DNA of 42,521 nt from a virus (lineage: Duplodnaviria > Heunggongvirae > Uroviricota > Caudoviricetes), in IMG/VR virus record IMGVR_UViG_2706794696_000015; one strand, given 5' to 3'. Of the stretch, positions 17,538-26,533 are shown piece by piece (within the stretch, counting starts at the first letter, position 1; each line of letters starts with the position of its first letter). The translations under genes were made by a program, and so were the position numbers. The notes below the pieces were generated by a model. The model searched no databases. It saw only the letters and a list, made by a program, of their open reading frames with translations, and was not told the origin of the DNA.

Positions 17538-19639
17538 TGCTGAATCAGGAAACCGCAAAGGCAGCACGAACCGATTCAGGTTATATCCTTCGCGCACCGA
17601 GACGAATGCGGGTTGCTGATGCCGTTGCTCAGTATATGCGGGTGCCCATGGGGGCAGGGAACTCAGTCCCGTGGGATCCGCTGGTGGCACCGTATGTTAT
17701 TGAGCCGATGAACTGCCTGGCCTCGCGTGAATACGACGCAGTGATATTTGTTGGCCCGGCACGAACCGGCAAGACTATCGGCCTGATTGACGGCTGGGTG
17801 ATTTACAACGTGATTTGCGATCCTGCTGATATGCTGATCATTCAGATGACGGAGGAAAAAGCCCGCGAACACTCCAAAAAACGACTCGCCAGAACGTTTC
17901 GCGTCAGCCCGGAAGTGGTCAGTCGCCTGAGTCCGAACAAAAATGACAACAACGTTTATGACAGAACATTCCTTGCTGGTAACTACCTGAAAATCGGCTG
18001 GCCGTCAGTCAATATCATGTCCTCATCAGATTATAAATGCGTCGCGCTGACGGATTATGACCGTTTTCCGGAAGATATTGATGGCGAGGGGGATGCTTTC
18101 TCTCTTGCCTCAAAACGTACCACAACATTTATGTCCAGTGGTATGACGCTTGTGGAGAGTTCCCCCGGCAGGGATGTGAAGGATGTGAAATGGCGACGGA
18201 CTTCACCGCATGAGGCTCCACCAACCACGGGGATACTGTCGCTCTATAACCGTGGCGATCGCCGTCGCTGGTACTGGCCCTGTCCACACTGTGGTGAGTA
18301 TTTTCAGCCCTGCGGCGATGTGGTTGCTGGTTTCCGTGATATTGCCGATCCCGTGCTGGCAAGTGAGGCGGCTTATATTCAGTGTCCTTCCTGTTCAGGA
18401 CGGATTATGCCTGAACACAAACGTGAGCTGAACGGACGTGGGGTCTGGTTGCGGGATGGTGAATCCATCAATGCGGATGGCAGTCGTTATGGTGATCCCC
18501 GACGCTCACGTATTGCGTCATTCTGGATGGAGGGTCCGGCAGCTGCTTACCAGACACTCTCGCAACTCGTTTACAAACTGCTTACTGCAGAACAGGAATA
18601 CGAGACAACCGGAAGTGAAGAAACACTCAAGACGGTTATCAATACCGACTGGGGATTACCTTATCTTCCCCGCGCCAGCATGGAGCAACGAAAAAGTGAA
18701 CTGCTTGAGCAGCGGGCAGAGCCAGTTCCTTCCCGCAGTGTGCCGGATGGCGTTAATTTCCTTGTGGCGACAGTGGATGTGCAGGCGGGACGTCATCGCC
18801 GTTTTGTGGTTCAGGTAACGGGCTATGGCAGCCGTGGCGAACGCTGGATTATTGATCGTTACAACATCACGCAGTCATTGCGCGGTGACAGCGACGGGGA
18901 GAGCCAGCGAATTGATCCGGCCAGCTATCCGGAAGACTGGGATGTCCTGCTGACGGATGTTTTTCATAAAAGCTGGCCGCTGGCCTCCGATCCTTCTCAA
19001 CAAATGCGACTGATGGCAATGGCGGTGGACTCCGGCGGTGAAGACGGGGTCACTGATAATGCCTATAAATTCTGGCGTCGTTGCCGTCGTGATGGCCTTG
19101 GTAAACGTATTTACCTGTTTAAGGGCGACAGCATCCGGCGCGCAAAACTGATCACCCGTACATTCCCTGATAACACCGGACGAACGGGCCGACGGGCGCA
19201 GGCCGCAGGTGATGTGCCGCTCTGGCTTCTTCAGACGGATGCACTGAAAGACCGGGTGAATAACGCGTTATGGCGTGACTCGCCAGGTCCCGGCTATGTG
19301 CATTTCCCTGACTGGCTGGGGAGCTGGTTTTACGACGAACTGACGTATGAAGAGCGGAGCAGTGACGGGAAATGGAGTAAGCCGGGTCGCGGTGCCAACG
19401 AAGCTTTTGACCTGATGGTGTATGCCGAGGCTCTGGTCATTCTGCATGGATACGAAAAGATCCGCTGGCCGGATGCACCGGAGTGGGCGAGCCGGGAAAC
19501 CTGGCTGGAGTGTGTCCCGGACAGTACCGAACCGTCACCCTCACCGGAACCGGTATCCACGCCTGTTAAAAAACAAAAACGGAAGAAAACAGTAACTGAC
19601 GATGTTAACCCCTGGCTGACTTCCGGAGGATGGTTATGA
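17537..19639 (+). CDS. Terminase large subunit (GpA family)
   Basis: 700 aa; Walker A VGPARTGKT; TAATG start overlap with terS. Confidence 0.9.
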   Translation: MLNQETAKAARTDSGYILRAPRRMRVADAVAQYMRVPMGAGNSVPWDPLVAPYVIEPMNCLASREYDAVIFVGPARTGKTIGLIDGWVIYNVICDPADMLIIQMTEEKAREHSKKRLARTFRVSPEVVSRLSPNKNDNNVYDRTFLAGNYLKIGWPSVNIMSSSDYKCVALTDYDRFPEDIDGEGDAFSLASKRTTTFMSSGMTLVESSPGRDVKDVKWRRTSPHEAPPTTGILSLYNRGDRRRWYWPCPHCGEYFQPCGDVVAGFRDIADPVLASEAAYIQCPSCSGRIMPEHKRELNGRGVWLRDGESINADGSRYGDPRRSRIASFWMEGPAAAYQTLSQLVYKLLTAEQEYETTGSEETLKTVINTDWGLPYLPRASMEQRKSELLEQRAEPVPSRSVPDGVNFLVATVDVQAGRHRRFVVQVTGYGSRGERWIIDRYNITQSLRGDSDGESQRIDPASYPEDWDVLLTDVFHKSWPLASDPSQQMRLMAMAVDSGGEDGVTDNAYKFWRRCRRDGLGKRIYLFKGDSIRRAKLITRTFPDNTGRTGRRAQAAGDVPLWLLQTDALKDRVNNALWRDSPGPGYVHFPDWLGSWFYDELTYEERSSDGKWSKPGRGANEAFDLMVYAEALVILHGYEKIRWPDAPEWASRETWLECVPDSTEPSPSPEPVSTPVKKQKRKKTVTDDVNPWLTSGGWL

Positions 19640-19848
19640 ACCAGAATGATATTGAAGCCATGATTCAGCGTTATACGGAAGCTGAAATGGCGGTGCTGGA
19701 CGGAAAATCCGTCACCTTTAATGGTCAGCAGATGACCATGGAAAACTTATCTGAGATCCGGCAGGGACGGCAGGAGTGGGAGCGCCGCCTTGCGGCTCTG
19801 ATTACACGACGACGGGGGCATCCCGGGTACCGGCTGGCGAGGTTCTGA
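19636..19848 (+). CDS. Head-tail joining protein, gpW-like
   Basis: ~70 aa; ATGA overlap with terminase stop; position and size match lambda W. Confidence 0.55.
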   Translation: MNQNDIEAMIQRYTEAEMAVLDGKSVTFNGQQMTMENLSEIRQGRQEWERRLAALITRRRGHPGYRLARF

Positions 19849-21356
19849 TGGCAATTCTTGATGATGTGATTGGCGTTTTTTCACCAGGATGGAAAGCGGC
19901 AAGGCTGCGTTCCCGTGCGGTGATCCAGGCTTATGAGGCCGTAAAAACGACGCGGACACACAAAGGCCGGCGGGAAAACCGAACTGCCGACCAGTTAAGC
20001 CAGTACGGGGCCGTGTCGTTACGTGAGCAGGCCCGTTACCTTGATAACAACCACGATCTGGTTATTGGTGTATTTGACAAGCTGGAAGAACGGGTGGTGG
20101 GGAAAAACGGGATTATTGTCGAGCCACATCCGGTATTACGCAATGGGGCCATTGCCCGTGACCTGGCTGCGGAGATTCGCACCCGATGGAGTGAATGGTC
20201 TGTCAGCCCGGAAGTCACCGGGCAGTTTACCCGTCCGATGCTGGAACGTCTGATGCTGCGTACCTGGCTGCGCGATGGTGAGGTGTTTGCCCAGATGGTT
20301 TCCGGGCGCATAAACAGCCTGACGCCTTCTGCCGGTGTTCATTTCTGGCTGGAGGCGCTCGAGCCGGACTTTATTCCCATGACCAGTGATGAGAGCAACA
20401 GGCTGAATCAGGGCGTGTTTGTTGATGACTGGGGGCGTCCCGAAAAATATCTGGTGTATAAAAGCCGTCCCGTATCCGGACGGCAGATGGAAACCAAAGA
20501 AGTGGATGCAGAGCGAATGCTGCATCTTAAATTTGTTCGCCGTCTGCACCAGATGCGCGGGACGTCTTTGTTGTCCGGTGTGCTGATCCGCCTCAGTGCC
20601 CTGAAAGATTATGAAGATTATGAGCTGACTGCAGCAAGGATCGCCGCTGCTCTGGGGATGTACATCCGCAAAGGCGACGGGCAGAGCTATGAACCGGATG
20701 GTAATGGCAGCAAGGATAAGGAACGCGAGCTTACCATTCAGCCAGGCATTATTTACGACGATCTGAAACCCGGCGAAGAAATCGGAATGGTGAAGTCGGA
20801 TCGCCCCAATCCTAACCTTGAAACTTTTCGTAATGGTCAGTTGCGTGCCGTGGCGGCGGGCAGTCGTCTGAGTTTTTCCAGTACAGCGCGCAACTATAAC
20901 GGCACTTACAGCGCCCAGCGTCAGGAGCTGGTTGAATCTACTGATGGCTACCTGATCCTGCAGGACTGGTTTATTGGTGCCGTCACCCGCCCGATGTATC
21001 GTGCATGGCTGAAACAGGCTGTGGCATCCGGTGTTATCAGGCTACCCCGCGATCTTGACCGTTCTTCACTGTATACCGCGGTGTATTCCGGACCGGTGAT
21101 GCCGTGGATTGACCCTGTTAAGGAGGCTGAGGCCTGGAAAATCCAGATTCGTGGTGGAGCGGCGACAGAATCAGACTGGGTACGTGCAGGTGGTCGTAAT
21201 CCGGATGATGTCAAACGTCGGCGCAAGGCCGAAATTGATGAAAACCGCAAGCTGGATCTGGTATTTGATACCGATCCGGCCAGTGATAAAGGAGGCAGCA
21301 GTGCCGCAACGAAACGACAGGAGCCGCAGCACACCGACGACCAGTCCGAAGAATAA
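19848..21356 (+). CDS. Portal protein
   Basis: ~500 aa ORF after gpW-like gene; start chosen at the TGATG overlap (MAILDDV...). Confidence 0.8.
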   Translation: MAILDDVIGVFSPGWKAARLRSRAVIQAYEAVKTTRTHKGRRENRTADQLSQYGAVSLREQARYLDNNHDLVIGVFDKLEERVVGKNGIIVEPHPVLRNGAIARDLAAEIRTRWSEWSVSPEVTGQFTRPMLERLMLRTWLRDGEVFAQMVSGRINSLTPSAGVHFWLEALEPDFIPMTSDESNRLNQGVFVDDWGRPEKYLVYKSRPVSGRQMETKEVDAERMLHLKFVRRLHQMRGTSLLSGVLIRLSALKDYEDYELTAARIAAALGMYIRKGDGQSYEPDGNGSKDKERELTIQPGIIYDDLKPGEEIGMVKSDRPNPNLETFRNGQLRAVAAGSRLSFSSTARNYNGTYSAQRQELVESTDGYLILQDWFIGAVTRPMYRAWLKQAVASGVIRLPRDLDRSSLYTAVYSGPVMPWIDPVKEAEAWKIQIRGGAATESDWVRAGGRNPDDVKRRRKAEIDENRKLDLVFDTDPASDKGGSSAATKRQEPQHTDDQSEE

Positions 21357-23328
21357 TTCCTGGTTCAGGATGCAGGCTGGTCACCAGAGTGACGCGGATA
21401 TTTATATTTATGACGAGATTGGTTTCTGGGGTGTTACAGCGAAGCAGTTTATCAGTGATCTGAATGCACTGGGCGATATCACCCACATTAATCTCCATAT
21501 TAATTCACCGGGTGGCGATGTCTTTGAAGGCATCGCCATTTTTAATGCGCTGAAAACACATGGTGCGTCCATTACCGTTTATGTCGACGGTGTGGCGGCG
21601 TCAATGGCGTCGGTCATTGCGATGGTGGGAAACCCGGTCATTATGCCGGAAAACACCTTCATGATGATTCATAAACCATTTGGCTTTACGGGCGGTGATG
21701 CGGAGGACATGCGCACCTATGCCGACCTGCTCGATAAGGTTGAGGCGGTTCTGTTACCCGCTTATGCACAGAAAACCGGGAAAACCACCGATGAAATTGC
21801 TGCCATGCTGGCGGATGAGACCTGGATGTCCGGTGCCGAATGTCTGGCACAGGGATTTGCTGATCAGGTGACGCCAGCCGTTAAGGCAATGGCATGTATT
21901 CAGTCAAAACGTACAGAGGAATTTAAAAAGATGCCGGAATCCATTCGAAACATGATTACTCCGCCACGCAACAGTGCTCCACGCGTACAGGATGATGAAC
22001 CTGCAGCCTCCCGGACGCCAGTGCAGGCAGCAGCACCCGTGGTGGATGAAAACAGTATCCGTGCGCAGGTACTGGCAGAGCAAAAAGCGCGTGTAAACGG
22101 TATTAATGATCTGTTTGCCATGTTTGGCGGGCGTTATCAGACGCTGCAGGCTCAGTGTCTTGCCGATCCTGAATGTTCGCTGGAGCAGGCCCGCGAAAAG
22201 CTGTTGAACGAGATGGGGCGCGAGTCCACGCCATCCAATAAAAATACCCCGGCTCATATTTATGCCGGAAACGGTAATTTTGTGGGGGACGGGATCCGCC
22301 AGGCGCTGATGGCGCGTGCCGGATTTGAAAAAACCGAACGTGATAATGTCTACAACGGGATGACCCTGCGTGAATATGCCCGTATGTCACTGACTGAACG
22401 GGGTATTGGGGTTTCCAGTTATAACCCGATGCAGATGGTCGGTGCGGCGTTCACACACAGTACGTCTGACTTCGGTAATATTCTGCTGGATGTTGCGAAC
22501 AAAGCCATTCTGCAGGGCTGGGAAGATGCCCCTGAAACCTATGAACAGTGGACGCGGAAAGGTCAGTTGTCTGATTTTAAAATTGCCCATCGTGTGGGTA
22601 TGGGGGGCTTCAGTGCTCTGCGTCAGGTGCGTGAAGGGGCGGAATATAAATACGTCACCACCGGAGATAAACAGGCCACTATTGCACTGGCGACCTATGG
22701 CGAGCTGTTCAGTATCACCCGTCAGGCCATTATCAATGATGATCTGAATATGCTGACCGATGTCCCGATGAAACTGGGCCGTGCGGCGAAATCCACTATT
22801 GCCGATCTGGTTTATGCCATTCTGACGTCTAACCCGAAAATCTCCACAGATAATGTAAGTCTGTTCGATAAAGCGAAACATGCAAACGTACTGGATAGCG
22901 CTGCAATGGACGTGGCATCGCTGGATAAAGCCCGCCAGTTGATGCGCGTTCAGAAAGAGGGGGAGCGTCATCTGAATATTCGTCCTGCGTTCGTACTGGT
23001 ACCGACGGCGATGGAGTCTGTTGCTAACCAGGTCATTCGCTCCTCAAGTGTCAAGGGGGCCGACATTAACGCCGGTATTATTAACCCGGTGAAAGATTTT
23101 GCGACCGTTATTGCAGAGCCTCGTCTTGATGATAACAGCCAGACCACCTTCTACCTGGCTGCGTCAAAAGGCTCCGATACGATTGAAGTGGCTTATCTCA
23201 ACGGTGTGGATACGCCATATATTGATCAGATGGAGGGCTTCAGTGTGGATGGCGTGACAACGAAAGTGCGTATTGACGCCGGTGTCGCGCCAGTTGATCA
23301 CCGCGGTCTGGTGAAATGTACGGCGTAA
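21301..23328 (+). CDS. Prohead protease (ClpP/S49-like) - scaffold - major capsid protein fusion
   Basis: GTG start 5 nt after AAAGGAGG (ATG 21370 alternative); N-terminal ClpP-like region, coiled-coil linker, C-terminal capsid-like domain. Confidence 0.75.
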   Translation: MPQRNDRSRSTPTTSPKNNSWFRMQAGHQSDADIYIYDEIGFWGVTAKQFISDLNALGDITHINLHINSPGGDVFEGIAIFNALKTHGASITVYVDGVAASMASVIAMVGNPVIMPENTFMMIHKPFGFTGGDAEDMRTYADLLDKVEAVLLPAYAQKTGKTTDEIAAMLADETWMSGAECLAQGFADQVTPAVKAMACIQSKRTEEFKKMPESIRNMITPPRNSAPRVQDDEPAASRTPVQAAAPVVDENSIRAQVLAEQKARVNGINDLFAMFGGRYQTLQAQCLADPECSLEQAREKLLNEMGRESTPSNKNTPAHIYAGNGNFVGDGIRQALMARAGFEKTERDNVYNGMTLREYARMSLTERGIGVSSYNPMQMVGAAFTHSTSDFGNILLDVANKAILQGWEDAPETYEQWTRKGQLSDFKIAHRVGMGGFSALRQVREGAEYKYVTTGDKQATIALATYGELFSITRQAIINDDLNMLTDVPMKLGRAAKSTIADLVYAILTSNPKISTDNVSLFDKAKHANVLDSAAMDVASLDKARQLMRVQKEGERHLNIRPAFVLVPTAMESVANQVIRSSSVKGADINAGIINPVKDFATVIAEPRLDDNSQTTFYLAASKGSDTIEVAYLNGVDTPYIDQMEGFSVDGVTTKVRIDAGVAPVDHRGLVKCTA

Positions 23329-23351
23329 ACGTCGCAGACAACAACTCTGAT

Positions 23352-23371
23352 GGCCCGTAAGGGCTTTTTTT
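23352..23371 (+). terminator. Short hairpin plus T7 after the capsid gene
   Basis: GCCC-GTAA-GGGC followed by TTTTTTT. Confidence 0.45.
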
Positions 23372-23414
23372 GTACCTGAAATCAGCCCCTGAACGGGGCT
23401 GTGCGGAGACAGTT

Positions 23415-23738
23415 ATGGCAAAGAATTTTGTAGAAGAAGGAAAAACGGTGGCGATTGTTGCCAGTGCAGCCATCAGCAGCGGAGATCTGGTGCAGGTGGG
23501 TGATGTTTTTGCGGTGGCACTGACCGATATTCCACAGGGTGAAACAGGCGACGGCCTGACCGAAGGTGTGTTTATGCTGCCTAAGCTGAAAACGGATGAC
23601 ATGAAAACGGGTAAGAAGGTTTATCTGAAGTCCGGAAAAGTTCAGCTGACTAACAGCGGCTCTGATCCGCTGGTCGGGGTTGTCTGGGCAGATGCCGGAA
23701 CCAGTGCAGAAGAAGTGCCGGTAAAACTCAATGTCTGA
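23415..23738 (+). CDS. Small head-associated protein (DUF2190-like, tentative)
   Basis: 107 aa ORF immediately after the capsid gene; GGAGACAG RBS. Confidence 0.45.
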   Translation: MAKNFVEEGKTVAIVASAAISSGDLVQVGDVFAVALTDIPQGETGDGLTEGVFMLPKLKTDDMKTGKKVYLKSGKVQLTNSGSDPLVGVVWADAGTSAEEVPVKLNV

Positions 23739-24006
23739 TCCCTTTTCCCGGCTGGCAGCGCGTATGGATGCGATCACGGTCAGAAAGATGGGAAAGACAG
23801 CCTCGATTAATGATGTCGATATGACTGTGATCCCGGGAGAAACACTGGCAGAGCTGAATGCTCTGTCCGGACCTGCGGTCTCTCTGGTGGTGTTTTCTTC
23901 GGGATACCGCCCACGGCGCGGGGATCGCGTTGTTTATGACGGACAACAATGGACGGTCACACGGCATGAACGCTTTAACGGTAAGCCAATGATCTTTATT
24001 GAGTAA
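23731..24006 (+). CDS. Head-tail connector / head completion protein (tentative)
   Basis: 91 aa, translationally coupled, positioned between capsid and tail genes. Confidence 0.45.
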   Translation: MSDPFSRLAARMDAITVRKMGKTASINDVDMTVIPGETLAELNALSGPAVSLVVFSSGYRPRRGDRVVYDGQQWTVTRHERFNGKPMIFIE

Positions 24007-24017
24007 AGAGGTGTGGG

Positions 24018-24596
24018 ATGAAGGGGCTTGAGAATGCCATCCGCAATCTGAACAGCCTTGATACCCGTATGGTGCCACAGGCCAGCGCATGGGCGATAAA
24101 CCGTGTGGCACAGAAAGCGGTCTCGGTTGCCACCCGGCAGGTTGCCGGGAATACCGTTGCGGGAGATAACCAGGTGAAAGGGATCCCCCTGAAACTGGTA
24201 CGTCAGCGTGTCCGGGTGTTTAAAGCCAGTCCGTCAGGAAAAATGACGGCCAGGATCCGCGTTAACCGGGGCAATCTGCCCGCCATTAAGCTGGGGACAG
24301 CCCGGGTCAGACTGGCCCGGCGTGGTGGAAAACTGCAGTACCGTGGCAGTGTGCTGAAGGTGGGTAAATATCTTTTCCGGGATGCGTTTATTCAGCAACT
24401 GGCGAATGGTCGCTGGCATGTGATGCGGCGTATTGATGGCAAAAATCGTTACCCCATTGATGTGGTGAAAATCCCGCTGTCCGGACCGCTGACACAGGCA
24501 TTTGAAGATGCCCGCGACCGCATCATTGCTGCGGAAATGCCGAAACAGCTGGGGTATGCACTGAAACAACAACTGAGGTTATGGCTGACCCGATGA
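24018..24596 (+). CDS. Minor tail protein Z-like
   Basis: 192 aa, same size and position as lambda Z (before U and V). Confidence 0.55.
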   Translation: MKGLENAIRNLNSLDTRMVPQASAWAINRVAQKAVSVATRQVAGNTVAGDNQVKGIPLKLVRQRVRVFKASPSGKMTARIRVNRGNLPAIKLGTARVRLARRGGKLQYRGSVLKVGKYLFRDAFIQQLANGRWHVMRRIDGKNRYPIDVVKIPLSGPLTQAFEDARDRIIAAEMPKQLGYALKQQLRLWLTR

Positions 24597-24994
24597 ACCG
24601 ACATACACAAATCCGCCAGGTCGTACTGGCACGCCTTCGGGAACAGTGTGGAGACAGCGCCACGTTTTTTGACGGGCTTCCGGCATTTGTTGATGCGCAG
24701 GAACTGCCTGCCGTGGCGGTGTGGCTGAGTGATGCTCAGTACACCGGAAAAATGACGGATGAAGATGACTGGCAGGCTGTTCTGCATATTGCTGTCTTCA
24801 TCCGGGCACAGGCACCGGATTCAGAGCTGGATATGTGGATGGAGAGCACCATTTTCCCGGCCTTGAATGATGTACCAGCACTTTCCGGACTCATCGACAC
24901 CCTGATCCCACTCGGTTTTAACTATCAACGTGATAATGAGATGGCCACCTGGGCGATGGCGGAAATCACGTACCAGATCACGTACACGAATTAA
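24581..24994 (+). CDS. Tail terminator U-like
   Basis: 137 aa immediately upstream of the major tail protein. Confidence 0.55.
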   Translation: MADPMNRHTQIRQVVLARLREQCGDSATFFDGLPAFVDAQELPAVAVWLSDAQYTGKMTDEDDWQAVLHIAVFIRAQAPDSELDMWMESTIFPALNDVPALSGLIDTLIPLGFNYQRDNEMATWAMAEITYQITYTN

Positions 24995-25004
24995 GGAGGT
25001 GGTA

Positions 25005-25748
25005 ATGACCACACCAAATCCACTGGCAAAAACGAAAGGTGCGGGAACGACGTTCTGGATGTATACCGGCAAGGGCGATGCGTTTGCGAACCCTTTATCG
25101 GACACTGACTGGCTGCGTCTTGCGATGGTGAAGGATCTGCAACCTGGCGAAATGACCGCTGATGCAGAAGATGACACTTATCTCGATGATGAAGATGCAG
25201 ACTGGAAAACGACAACCCAGGGGCAGAAATCCGTTGGTGATACTTCGGCGACGCTGGCCTGGCGTCCGGGTGACAGCGGGCAGAAAAAACTGGTTCAGTT
25301 GTTCGACTCCGGTGAAGTCTGCGCGTTTCGTATCAAATATCCCAACGGTACTGTTGATGTTTTCCGTGGCTGGCTGAGTTCACTGGGTAAAACCATTGCC
25401 TCAAAAGACGTGATGACCCGCACAGTGAAAATCAGCGGTGTGGGGCGTCCGTATCTGGCAGAGGAAGGCACTGAAACAGTGAGCGTTACCGGGCTGACGG
25501 TGGCACCGGCATCTGCCAGTGTAAAAGTGGGAGCAACCACCACGCTGACCTTTACAGTAAAACCTGACGGAGCCAGTGACAAAGCGATCAGTGTGCATTC
25601 GACAGATCCACAGACTGCCACGGTGACCCTGAACGGGCTTGTGGCCACGGTGAAAGGCGTGAAGCAGGGCAGTGTCAGCATTGTGGGCATGACCGCTGAC
25701 GGGAATTTTGTGGCAGTGGCTACGGTGACTGTCAGCGCAGCAGGTTAA
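25005..25748 (+). CDS. Major tail protein V with C-terminal Ig-like (Big_2) domain
   Basis: AAGGAGG RBS; C-terminal Thr/Val-rich Ig-like repeat region as in lambda V. Confidence 0.85.
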   Translation: MTTPNPLAKTKGAGTTFWMYTGKGDAFANPLSDTDWLRLAMVKDLQPGEMTADAEDDTYLDDEDADWKTTTQGQKSVGDTSATLAWRPGDSGQKKLVQLFDSGEVCAFRIKYPNGTVDVFRGWLSSLGKTIASKDVMTRTVKISGVGRPYLAEEGTETVSVTGLTVAPASASVKVGATTTLTFTVKPDGASDKAISVHSTDPQTATVTLNGLVATVKGVKQGSVSIVGMTADGNFVAVATVTVSAAG

Positions 25749-25768
25749 CAGGACGATACTCATCATTT

Positions 25769-25792
25769 GCCCCGGTTATTCGGGGCTTTTTT
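25769..25792 (+). terminator. Hairpin plus T6 between V and G
   Basis: GCCCCG-GTTATT-CGGGGC followed by TTTTTT. Confidence 0.55.
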
Positions 25793-25805
25793 ACAGGTGG
25801 AGAAC

Positions 25806-26195
25806 ATGATGTTTCTGAAACAGGACACGTTTAATTATGAAAAACAGTCCGTGGTGCTCAGTGAGCTGTCCGGGCTGCAGAGAATTGAATATCTGACGTT
25901 TGTTCAGCAGCGAACGGCAAAGTTTGATGCCGGGGAGGGAGAACTGCCGGAGGCTGAACGACAGATTGCTTTTCTGCGGATGGGGATGGATATCAATGCC
26001 TGGCTGGTTTCCCGCTCACTGTGGAATGCGGAACAGTCTCAGGATGTTGAGACGCTTTACGCATCCGTTATTACAACATGGTCGTATGATGCCCTGGGTG
26101 CGGGGGCGGAGATGGTTCTGTCGCTGAGCGGTATGGGGGCCATTGATAATGCCGGGGATTTGGAGCATGAGGGGCTGACGCCGGAAAAGTCCTGA
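25806..26195 (+). CDS. Tail assembly chaperone G
   Basis: GGTGGAG RBS then ATGATG; followed by a -1 frame ORF with no own RBS (T), as in lambda G/GT. Confidence 0.7.
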   Translation: MMFLKQDTFNYEKQSVVLSELSGLQRIEYLTFVQQRTAKFDAGEGELPEAERQIAFLRMGMDINAWLVSRSLWNAEQSQDVETLYASVITTWSYDALGAGAEMVLSLSGMGAIDNAGDLEHEGLTPEKS

Positions 26196-26203
26196 CGCGG
26201 GAA

Positions 26204-26533
26204 ATGCAGTTTGTCATGCGGCTTGCCCGGGAGTTCCGGCGGGCAGACTGGCGGCGGATGCTGTCGGAAATGTCGGCCACTGAGCTTGGTCAGTGGGGCG
26301 ATTATTTCCGGATGCAGAGCTTCAGTGATGTGTGGATGGATGCGCAGTTTGCCTCGCTGAAGGCATTGATCGTGAGAATGGTGTCCGGCAGCAGTGATGC
26401 TGCGGTGGCTGATTTCAGCCTTTTACCGGAAGAGAACGGGATACCGGAGCGAACGGACGAAGAACTGATGCATCTTGGGGAAGGTATTTCCGGAGGTGTG
26501 CGTTATGGACCAGATAGCCAACCTGGTCATTGA
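26204..26533 (+). CDS. Tail assembly protein T, probably made as a G-T fusion by -1 frameshifting
   Basis: ORF in the -1 frame relative to G, open from 26171; CGGAAAAG stretch at 26182-26189 just before the G stop. Confidence 0.6.
   Translation: MQFVMRLAREFRRADWRRMLSEMSATELGQWGDYFRMQSFSDVWMDAQFASLKALIVRMVSGSSDAAVADFSLLPEENGIPERTDEELMHLGEGISGGVRYGPDSQPGH

Noticed and set aside
19776-21370. Upstream-extended starts for the portal (19776) and capsid fusion (21109) ORFs
   Set aside because: The extensions overlap the preceding genes in another frame; internal starts with coupling or an RBS (19848; 21301) are more plausible.
22387-22971. 194-aa minus-strand ORF and neighbours antisense to the capsid gene
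   Set aside because: Antisense to a well-supported structural gene; no start context.
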